Source of the DNA: an uncultured archaeon
GTDB taxonomy: Archaea > Asgardarchaeota > Heimdallarchaeia > Heimdallarchaeales > Heimdallarchaeaceae
Direction: 5' to 3'
NCBI GenBank assembly: GCA_964534625.1
Contig: CAZHRF010000057.1
Location: forward strand, 1-15,072
DNA: 15,072 nt
In this document: piece by piece, positions 1-7,734 of the stretch
Numbering within the stretch: position 1 is the stretch's first letter
Layout: every line of letters starts with the position of its first letter
Translations under genes and position numbers: made by a program
The notes under the pieces: generated by a model
The model's input: the letters and a program-made list of their open reading frames with translations, nothing else
What the model was told of the DNA's origin: nothing
The model's database searches: none

Positions 1-16
1 AGACAATGTAAAACGG

Positions 17-427
17 TTAAAATCCATCTATGATATGAACTTCACTACTTTCGAGAGGGATGCCTTTATTATATGGATATTTAACATGATTAGTGATTTT
101 TTTGAGTAATTTTTGACATAACTCAACCAGAGTAATTTGGGTTTCATATCCAATTGAAGCTTCTTCTTTTCCCGATAACAATAAATTAAAAATACTTTCA
201 ATGCGTTTTTCATCTTCCAACCCAGGTAGCTCAGTGCTCGTTAGCAGATAATCGCCCATATACAAACAAAAAGTTGTATCAAACTGGTCCAAATCATATT
301 TTTTTTGGTATTCTTCCAGTCTTGTTGGAAAAAGTTTTAGATACCGATCTATTGTATTTTCAAGCTCTAAACGTTCTTGTAACTTCTTTTTTAAGCTAGA
401 AATATGTTCTTTGACATCAAACTCCAT
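17..427 (-). CDS. hypothetical protein (136 aa, predicted helical, soluble)
   Basis: ATG-started ORF with ordinary protein-like composition, divergent from the operon at 628. A TATA-like TTATATTC lies about 30 nt upstream on the minus strand. No family motif recognised. Confidence 0.7.
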   Translation of the reverse strand: MEFDVKEHISSLKKKLQERLELENTIDRYLKLFPTRLEEYQKKYDLDQFDTTFCLYMGDYLLTSTELPGLEDEKRIESIFNLLLSGKEEASIGYETQITLVELCQKLLKKITNHVKYPYNKGIPLESSEVHIIDGF

Positions 428-578
428 ATTTTAATATAATTACAAAGTGATATTTGAATATAACTGCAAAGGAAAAAAGCGTTTTATTGTACTTGCTTAA
501 TCAAATTTCATTCCAGAACACGCTTATTTGAGCTTCTGGAGCACAGCTCTGATTTTTGATTTTCCTTATATTTTTCAT

Positions 579-622
579 GAGAAAAATTAATAACCCTAAC
601 ATGCAATACTATTCTTTGGTGA
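579..622 (+). promoter_or_regulatory. putative archaeal promoter (BRE/TATA) and Shine-Dalgarno site for the four-gene operon
   Basis: Purine-rich GAGAAAA followed by ATTAATAA (586-593). GGTGA at 618-622 lies 5 nt before the ATG at 628. The spacing fits a transcript starting just before the SD. Confidence 0.45.
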
Positions 623-627
623 AAAAA

Positions 628-771
628 ATGTCTGAAGAAGAAAAATCAAAAATTGAAGATGAAGATATAAAAACCCGAGCTGTTGTTATGAAAAAAGGCG
701 GAACTAAAGCTGAAATCAAAAAAGGTGTTGACGCTTTACTAGATGATCTTGATGACGACGATGAACTTTAA
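628..771 (+). CDS. small acidic peptide (47 aa, MSEEEKSKIEDEDIKTRAVV...LLDDLDDDDEL), first gene of the CHAT operon
   Basis: The ORF track gives 556..771, but the ATG at 628 has a GGTGA SD and the upstream part overlaps the putative promoter. The stop is 30 nt before the next gene. Confidence 0.7.
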   Translation: MSEEEKSKIEDEDIKTRAVVMKKGGTKAEIKKGVDALLDDLDDDDEL

Positions 772-801
772 GTACTAATACTATTTTAATAGGCGATTAA
801 A

Positions 802-2319
802 TTGACAAAAGAACTAAAAATCACATCAAGTAGACTATACTGGTTATTTTCATTTGATAATCTTAAATTAGCTGAAAATTCCATTCGAGAGGTATCTAAA
901 ACCATATCTAAATCCCCATTAGTCAATGGGTGGAGTTACTCATACACTCCTGAAGAACGTCATGAAGGTCTTGGTAAAATATTCTCTGATGATGAAGCGG
1001 TAAGCAAGCACTTAGAGCTTCTACAAGATTCTGACTTTTATGTTTTAGATGAAGAATATATAGAAGATGAAACCTATACACGATTTTCCTTAAAAGGTTT
1101 CAAGGCTAGATTCCCTTTCTTAGAAAAAGCTCAAGCTGTAGACGTATTCTATACTTTGACTAAATGGGGTGTAGGCTCACTTTGGTTTTCGATAGAAATC
1201 GATGAAGAAATCACTTCTCAAGATTTAGTTGGTTTACAACTGTTAGCAAAGAAGGAGGAAGGATTTTTGAAAGCTGATGTTCCAATAGAACTCATTGAGG
1301 AAATAGCACATACGGATTCAGATATCAAGCCAATTTTAGAAAAGAGAAAAGCAGCTGGTAAAAAAACTTTCCGAGTTAAGGACGTGTCTTTAGGTAATAT
1401 TGTTGGTTATTATATTTATTCTCTGATCAATCTTTCTCAAAACCGCAGATACAACTCCTTAGAAAAAATCATGAAAGATCAACGCTATGAGACATATATA
1501 GCCCATCCCGTTGTTATTATCGAAAATAGTTCACCCAGCTACGATTCTGCTTTTGCCTTGGTTGAAAATCATCCAAAAGAAGTTTATTTGATATTAGAGC
1601 AAATGGAATATATTTCTCCCAATGATATAGCAGAACAATCAACGGCTAAATTATTTGAGGATATTATCACGGATCGAGAAGATATCTGGTATAATTCTAC
1701 AATAGGAAGTACCTTACATATTATGACCCCTAGAACCAAACAAATAGCTGAATTACGGGCTAAACAAACAGAAAAAAGCCTTGATGATTTTTATTTGAAG
1801 GAAGTTTTAACTCCTGTGATTGAAAATGAAGTGGTTCAGATTCAGCGATTTATTGTTTTCATGTTGGAATATTACCTTTCTTCGTGTGAAATAACAGATA
1901 TGGAACCTAGAGAGATCAGTTTATTAAAAGAAGCTATTATTAAATCACTTGACATTTTCCACGGTATCAGAGTTGTTGGTAACTCTATATCTAAAGCTCG
2001 TATCGATTTAGGCAAGGAAGCAACTCTTGTAAATCTGGTATATGATACAATTAATGAAAAATTAGGCACTATGGAAGATGCTGTAAATGAATACCGCGAC
2101 GGTTTGGTCCAATTTACACAAACAATCTTAGGTATTATTCTAGGTGTGGTTCCTTCGATATTACTTTTCTTACCTTCTGAAACAGATAATGGTTTTAACT
2201 ACTGGCCTTATCTTAAATCCGCTATTTCTATTGTGCTCTCTGGTGGTCTCACATTTCTTGGCAGATTCCTAGCTAAAGTATATTGGAAACGCAAACGTCA
2301 GAAAGATTCCTATGTTTAA
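802..2319 (+). CDS. membrane protein with large N-terminal soluble domain, helical stalk and two C-terminal TM helices (CorA-superfamily-like topology)
   Basis: TTG start. Amphipathic helical region at about aa 330-440. TM1 ILGIILGVVPSILLFLP (aa 442-458), short loop containing GFN (aa 464-466), TM2 AISIVLSGGLTFLGRFLAKVYW (aa 474-495), basic tail KRKRQK. No canonical YGMNF. The CDS is well supported; the CorA-like call is inferred from architecture only. Confidence 0.65.
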   Translation: MTKELKITSSRLYWLFSFDNLKLAENSIREVSKTISKSPLVNGWSYSYTPEERHEGLGKIFSDDEAVSKHLELLQDSDFYVLDEEYIEDETYTRFSLKGFKARFPFLEKAQAVDVFYTLTKWGVGSLWFSIEIDEEITSQDLVGLQLLAKKEEGFLKADVPIELIEEIAHTDSDIKPILEKRKAAGKKTFRVKDVSLGNIVGYYIYSLINLSQNRRYNSLEKIMKDQRYETYIAHPVVIIENSSPSYDSAFALVENHPKEVYLILEQMEYISPNDIAEQSTAKLFEDIITDREDIWYNSTIGSTLHIMTPRTKQIAELRAKQTEKSLDDFYLKEVLTPVIENEVVQIQRFIVFMLEYYLSSCEITDMEPREISLLKEAIIKSLDIFHGIRVVGNSISKARIDLGKEATLVNLVYDTINEKLGTMEDAVNEYRDGLVQFTQTILGIILGVVPSILLFLPSETDNGFNYWPYLKSAISIVLSGGLTFLGRFLAKVYWKRKRQKDSYV

Positions 2320-2331
2320 AAGTGAAAAGTT

Positions 2332-5049
2332 ATGAATCAATATCTTGACCAGTTGAACGGTCATTTAAAAAGAGGTAATGAAGCATGGGATAACAGGGAT
2401 TATTCTGAAGCCCGTGCTTATTATGGCTATGGTTTCGATCTAGCTGATGACAGCAATGATTCTGCGAACCGAGAAATGTTTCGCTATTATTATGCTTGGT
2501 GTGATCAGAAATTGGGTAATTATATCTTGGCTCTTCGAAATTATCAATATACTCTTAAGAATATGGATGTATTGAAAGAGAATTTCGAGTATGCCTATGA
2601 TTATAATACCTATTATCGTATGGCAGAAACCTATGAAGAACTTGGCCAATGGCTAAATGTTCGAGAGAGTTTGTATAACGCTCTAAAAACCGAATATACC
2701 CAAAAAAGTGCTGAAAGACAGATGTTTGTTAAATGGTATATAGCTGATTCTCATCGAGAAAGAGGTGAATTCAAGGAAGCCTTGGAATTATATTCTGAGG
2801 TTAAAAATTTCTATTCTAACCACCCAGATAGAATTATCAATTTAGAACAAGATGAAGCAAAACTCTATATTTTACAAGGAAATTTTGACAAAGCTTTCGC
2901 AAATGCCAAAAAGCACTGGGGTGCATTACAAGTTGATGATGAACATACCTACCTGCGTAATGGGACTGTGGAGATTTTAACTAAAATTCTTGAACTCAGG
3001 AATACAGAAGAGGAACTAGTCTCTGACGTTATCCAGTTTACAGAACCTATTCTACAAACAGAATTACAAAGAGCTGAAGAAGAAGGAGATAGAAGTTATA
3101 AAATTGAATTACTCAAATGGATTTTCAATTTAGAGCTTATAACCAATAAAACTCCTTCACTTTCTAGAGTTTTGGAATTACTTAATTCTGTCAAAGACGA
3201 CATTAAAAGTACGCAAACTTCTCTTAGTTTAAATGATTTCAAGAATCTTGTTAATATTTACCTGAGTTTGGCTGATTATAATTACGACAAAATTGAACAA
3301 AACGGTCCTAAAAAACTAAATTTTGAAGTTTTAGATTATTACAAGACTGCTGATACACTTATTGATAAAGTGACTGCAAAACTAACTTCACCAACCGACA
3401 GGAGAGATTATCACACACAATTTACTCGAATTGCGTATAGAATATTTGGTCTCTATCAAATTATTTACCAAGATTTCTGGGAAGACTTTTTATATCAAGG
3501 TCTAGGAATGGTTGAGAAATATAAAGGCTACGATTTGTTTCAGAGTTTAGATGATGTGAAATCAAGAAAACAGCATATGAATAGCTTAAATGAATTGGAA
3601 TATCAGTTAACTCTAAAGAAAAAATATTATGCTCACGCAAGCGATGAAGATCAACCTAAACTGAAGCAAGAAGTAGAGGAGATAGAGGATAATTATTTTG
3701 ATGCTCAAAACGAGATGCTCATAGAAAGAAGATCATGGATCAGCGTTTTTGATCCCGTTAAAATGATGGAAGAAACTATGGAACCTATTCAACCGCTGTT
3801 GGATCAATTTCCTTATGGTATTATGTATATGGCTATGGATCAAACAATGCTTTATATCATTGTTTTCGTCAAAAATCAAGTTAAGAGGTTCGAAGTTGAA
3901 TTTAGTCAAGCAAAATTAGATAAAGCCGAAGCTCTTCTTACTGTTTTGCGAGAAAAAGCTGCCCAAATACAGAGTAAGGATGATTTGTACCTGCTTGACA
4001 AAATACTCAAGAAATTGAGTAAGTGGTTAAGCAAGTATATTGTTAATCCTGAATTGGGAGAGTTCATAAGTTCCTTAGAATATTTAACCATTATACCTTC
4101 TGGTATTTTTATCAATTTCCCATTTGAAATTCTGACCATAAATGGGGAATATTTTGGAACTAAATTCAAACTATCACGAGAGTTTAATCTAAAGTTCATA
4201 GCGAAACAAATGCAGGATGTCGTTAGAGAGAAACGAAATAATCGTCCCATCGATTCATTGAAGAATCCTGGCGACATGATTTTTGTTAGCAATCCGAATT
4301 ACCAGGAAAGCATGATTTTAGATAAGAGCGATATAGAATTTTATATTGTTCCAAATTCTATGGTTGTAGATACTGAGGAAGAATATACCACCAGAAACCA
4401 AGCTGGTGAAGAGGTTTACTTGTCTTCCGATGTGTGGAGTATGGATCTTGGGAAAACAGAGGTCCAAGCTATTACTAGAAATCTTCAACAACAAAATGTA
4501 CCGCATTCTGCACTAATAAATCAAGAGGTAAGTAAAGATAAACTATTGGAACTCTTAAATGATAAAATTAAAATCTTCCACTTTGCTGGTCACGCAATAT
4601 TTGATGACGATAATCCTCAGTTCTCTAAATTGGTGTTAAGGGATAGCAAGACCTTAATTCCCCTTGACCTAATGAAATACAGTTTTGGTAGTAATCCACT
4701 TTTCATCTTTAGTGCATGTGAATCTGGTGTTTCTGAAGTAAAAGAAGGTGATGAGCCATTTGGTTTCTTGCGTTTTGCAAAAATTGTACAAGCACAGAAC
4801 ATCATCTTTTCGCTTTGGCCAGTTTTATCTCGTCCAACTACACACTTGATGGTCGATTTTTACAACAATTTGGTTCAAGGAGATGAAATTTCAGAAGCTC
4901 TTCGTAAAGCTAGGGTCAACCTAATCAAGGATACCAAAGAAGGTACCAATCGTTTGGGTATTTATTCGGATTTAGAACTTGTCTATTGGTCTCCTTTCTC
5001 CTTCATAGGTTTACCTTTCTATTTCTATAATATGGAGGTTGAACAATGA
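2332..5049 (+). CDS. TPR-CHAT domain protein (clan CD caspase/HetF/separase-like cysteine protease)
   Basis: About five N-terminal TPR-like repeats (e.g. IADSHRERGEFKEALELYSEV). CHAT motifs LTIIPSGIFINFPFEIL, IFHFAGH754A, IFSAC796ESG, IIFSLWPV, LMVDFY, EALRKAR and YWSPF. Catalytic His codon at 4591-4593 and Cys codon at 4717-4719. Confidence 0.92.
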   Translation: MNQYLDQLNGHLKRGNEAWDNRDYSEARAYYGYGFDLADDSNDSANREMFRYYYAWCDQKLGNYILALRNYQYTLKNMDVLKENFEYAYDYNTYYRMAETYEELGQWLNVRESLYNALKTEYTQKSAERQMFVKWYIADSHRERGEFKEALELYSEVKNFYSNHPDRIINLEQDEAKLYILQGNFDKAFANAKKHWGALQVDDEHTYLRNGTVEILTKILELRNTEEELVSDVIQFTEPILQTELQRAEEEGDRSYKIELLKWIFNLELITNKTPSLSRVLELLNSVKDDIKSTQTSLSLNDFKNLVNIYLSLADYNYDKIEQNGPKKLNFEVLDYYKTADTLIDKVTAKLTSPTDRRDYHTQFTRIAYRIFGLYQIIYQDFWEDFLYQGLGMVEKYKGYDLFQSLDDVKSRKQHMNSLNELEYQLTLKKKYYAHASDEDQPKLKQEVEEIEDNYFDAQNEMLIERRSWISVFDPVKMMEETMEPIQPLLDQFPYGIMYMAMDQTMLYIIVFVKNQVKRFEVEFSQAKLDKAEALLTVLREKAAQIQSKDDLYLLDKILKKLSKWLSKYIVNPELGEFISSLEYLTIIPSGIFINFPFEILTINGEYFGTKFKLSREFNLKFIAKQMQDVVREKRNNRPIDSLKNPGDMIFVSNPNYQESMILDKSDIEFYIVPNSMVVDTEEEYTTRNQAGEEVYLSSDVWSMDLGKTEVQAITRNLQQQNVPHSALINQEVSKDKLLELLNDKIKIFHFAGHAIFDDDNPQFSKLVLRDSKTLIPLDLMKYSFGSNPLFIFSACESGVSEVKEGDEPFGFLRFAKIVQAQNIIFSLWPVLSRPTTHLMVDFYNNLVQGDEISEALRKARVNLIKDTKEGTNRLGIYSDLELVYWSPFSFIGLPFYFYNMEVEQ

Positions 5050-6938
5050 CAAAATATCAATTAATACATAGACAACTCCTTGGTAAGAATATCAAACATT
5101 TATCTTTCAGCCACGATGATAAAATGGTCTTAAGTGCAGGTGAAGAAGTATATATTGGAACAATAGGTGGCGAGGCTCTTTTCCATGAGAAATTGAGACA
5201 GGTATACAAAAAATATTATTACAACTTAATTCCCAAACATATTCGCTATATCACTATCTACGACTCTAAATGGACAAGAGATAATAAATTTGTCTTGTGT
5301 GCAACAGCCGATGGTTTATATCGCTTTTCTATCGAAGACAAAAAGTTTGAGAATGTTTTTGATACAGAGAATGCATTAAAATGTATAGATATTGATTATG
5401 AGAAAGAACAGATTGTTGTAGCTGAAAATCCCGAAAGACAAAGAGGATCAATCTTCATCTTGGACTTTCAAGGTAATCTTATCTCTGAAATAGAACACCA
5501 TCATAAGAGACAGTTGGCTAGTCTACTGTTTTTAGAAAATGATATGATTCTTTCAGCTTGCACTAGTAATACTATTAAAATCTGGAATGCCAAAGACGGT
5601 AGTTTACTACACGAAACAATACCTGAAGAAGGTGATTTAACTGATGTATCTAGATTCGTTGATGGAGACCTACTTATTAAGTTTAGATACGGTGTGGGCA
5701 TCTATCAAACCAATGCTGATGGTAGTGTTACCAAGAAAGAAAATATCGGTGAAAAATTACTTGATAAATCAAATAAGCATTTCTTGGCTTTCAATTCGAA
5801 AGATAATATTGCATTTATCAGGGATTATACCTATCAAAACATGGCGATAAGAGACTTAGAAGGTCAAATTGTATATAAACTCCCTATGGGGGCACAGGTA
5901 CAGGATTTATATTTAGGGCTCACTAAAGATATTTTTGCTGTAACTCATAGATTCAATAATCCAGCTGAGGTTCACTTTTACTCGACAAAGGATAAGAATC
6001 AATACATTGACCAAGAAGGAATTATCAAAGGTTGGCAAGTAGAAAAAACCTTCCCAAAAGTAAAAATCTTACAGTTATTGGAATCTTACAGAAATCAGCC
6101 AGGTCATTGGATAGGCGTAGAAACAAAAGGATTTGTTATCTATAACGATCAGTTTGAGGAAGTAAAGAAAATTGCTTCAAAAAACCAGATTCAAAGGGCT
6201 GTGTTCCACGAGCAGAGTCAGAAAGTTCTGTTTCAAATGTACAAAAACTTATACATAACCGATTTAAGCAATATGGGAATAGATGATCTAAAACCCGAAA
6301 CAGTCTATAACAAGAGGGTTGAGAATCCAAATGCTATTGATTTCTGCTGGAGTGTAAATGCTGAAAAATTAGCAGTCATTACCAATGATAGACAAGTAAC
6401 AGTTTTTGATTCCAATCTTAATATTGTAACATCCTTTGAAGGATTTGAGCACAGATTGAAAAGTATTGATTTTGGTCCAGAAAAAGATCGATTCGCCGTA
6501 GGAGGAGAGAAAGGTGGGGTCTATATTTGTACAATAAGCTCTAAAGACGTTCAGACGCTTGAAACAGTGAGTATAGATACTGTATCTGATCTTATTTGGA
6601 ATAATGACTGGAATGAAATTATTGTTGGCAGTCATGAATTTATCAACATATTCAACTCAGATAGTTATGCTTTAAGGAAGTTAGATCTTGAAAGAGACTG
6701 TCCTATATCCAAAATAAGTTGTAGGCCAAGCACAAAACAGTTTGCGGTACACATAGAAGATTTCAGAGAAGGACACGATATCTATATCATAGATCGAGAA
6801 AAGCCAATAAAAGAGTGTGTTTTGCAAAAAATAAGATATCATACAGGTATTCTAGATCTCATCAAATGGGATGGTAAGGATACTTTAGTATCTATCGGGC
6901 ACGAATCAAGACTCGTGTTTTGGGAATATTCTGAATAA
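5046..6938 (+). CDS. WD40-repeat beta-propeller protein (probably two propellers)
   Basis: WD40-like blades: ASLLFLENDMILSACTSNTIKIWN, FEHRLKSIDFGPEKDRFAVGGEKGGVYI, YHTGILDLIKWDGKDTLVSIGHESRLVFWE. ATGA overlap with the CHAT stop and a GGAGG SD at 5034-5038. Confidence 0.88.
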   Translation: MTKYQLIHRQLLGKNIKHLSFSHDDKMVLSAGEEVYIGTIGGEALFHEKLRQVYKKYYYNLIPKHIRYITIYDSKWTRDNKFVLCATADGLYRFSIEDKKFENVFDTENALKCIDIDYEKEQIVVAENPERQRGSIFILDFQGNLISEIEHHHKRQLASLLFLENDMILSACTSNTIKIWNAKDGSLLHETIPEEGDLTDVSRFVDGDLLIKFRYGVGIYQTNADGSVTKKENIGEKLLDKSNKHFLAFNSKDNIAFIRDYTYQNMAIRDLEGQIVYKLPMGAQVQDLYLGLTKDIFAVTHRFNNPAEVHFYSTKDKNQYIDQEGIIKGWQVEKTFPKVKILQLLESYRNQPGHWIGVETKGFVIYNDQFEEVKKIASKNQIQRAVFHEQSQKVLFQMYKNLYITDLSNMGIDDLKPETVYNKRVENPNAIDFCWSVNAEKLAVITNDRQVTVFDSNLNIVTSFEGFEHRLKSIDFGPEKDRFAVGGEKGGVYICTISSKDVQTLETVSIDTVSDLIWNNDWNEIIVGSHEFINIFNSDSYALRKLDLERDCPISKISCRPSTKQFAVHIEDFREGHDIYIIDREKPIKECVLQKIRYHTGILDLIKWDGKDTLVSIGHESRLVFWEYSE

Positions 6939-6943
6939 ACTAG

Positions 6944-6990
6944 TTTTGTTTTTTCCGTTTTCTTTCTATTTCTTTTATCCTTTTTTTAAT
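6944..6990 (+). terminator. oligo-T terminator region of the CHAT operon
   Basis: Several T runs immediately after the WD40 stop (ttttgttttttccgttttctttc...tttttttaat). Confidence 0.55.
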
Positions 6991-7081
6991 TGTTCGAGTT
7001 TTGAACATTTATGAGCATATACTTTTTCAACCCATTCAAAAAGAGGAATGATAGAAGCTATGGGTACTTTTACACCATTAC

Positions 7082-7120
7082 AAAAAAAGATAAAAATAGT
7101 AAAAGAGAGAGTTTTCTCCC
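7082..7120 (-). terminator. short hairpin plus T-tracts after nfeD
   Basis: The minus strand reads GGGAGA-aaac-TCTCTC then TTTTACTATTTTTATCTTTTTTT directly after the stop. Confidence 0.5.
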
Positions 7121-7722
7121 TATTTATCGTTAGTTAAATTGGTATTACAATGAGGGCAAATGGTTGCGACTTCATTAATCACTTGGCCACACATTGGACA
7201 ATATCTAGATGCCTTATGGCCCGATGATGACCTAGATAGTTCAGGATGAGAAACAACATAAAGAACGAGACCATCTACTTTTGTAATAATTACCTCTTGA
7301 TCAGGTTTGAATGTTTCATTTCTTGCAGGTATGGCTTTCCACTTACCACCCTCAAACAATACATAGCCAGGTTTATCAGTAGAAATTGCCGTTAAAACTG
7401 TTGCTTTTTTTCCTATTGGATTACCCATTTCTACAGGTACATTTTTGAGTTCGTACACTTTTAAAAAGAGGAAGACGGACAAACCGACGATTATTATCCC
7501 CATAGCAACTATTACTGCTGAAACAATCTGAAATTGGTTGTCATTAAGATTTAACCATTCTTGCGGGTCAATGATAAAGAACAAGATGATACCCACAATA
7601 ATGGTAAGCGCAGCTAATGGGGAAAATATCTCCACTTGTTCAGTAGCAAGTTCAAGAATAATAAATAAAAGACTCATAAACAAAATAATTAAGGTAATAA
7701 TTCTTAATGCTATCATTTTCAT
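7120..7722 (-). CDS. nfeD: NfeD-family membrane protein (short form, no ClpP-like domain) with C-terminal zinc ribbon
   Basis: Three hydrophobic N-terminal helices. NfeD OB-fold signature IGKKATV...GYVLFEGGKWKA...EVIITKVDGLVLYV. C-terminal CPMCG-x9-CPHCN. Adjacent to an SPFH gene. Confidence 0.85.
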   Translation of the reverse strand: MKMIALRIITLIILFMSLLFIILELATEQVEIFSPLAALTIIVGIILFFIIDPQEWLNLNDNQFQIVSAVIVAMGIIIVGLSVFLFLKVYELKNVPVEMGNPIGKKATVLTAISTDKPGYVLFEGGKWKAIPARNETFKPDQEVIITKVDGLVLYVVSHPELSRSSSGHKASRYCPMCGQVINEVATICPHCNTNLTNDK

Positions 7723-7734
7723 CCCGATTTACTA

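Noticed and set aside
556-627. N-terminal extension of the small ORF (71-aa version)
   Set aside because: It overlaps the putative TATA box, and the ATG at 628 has a clear GGTGA SD.
2332-5049. TPR-CHAT as Csx29 of a type III-E CRISPR system
   Set aside because: No Cas7-11, Csx30/31, RpoE or array is recognisable in the window.
1872-6635. Short antisense or alternate-frame ORFs inside the CHAT operon (e.g. 1872-2069, 2440-2649, 3906-4292, 5644-5850, 6369-6635)
   Set aside because: They lie fully within long, motif-supported genes and have no recognisable features, so they are treated as shadow ORFs.
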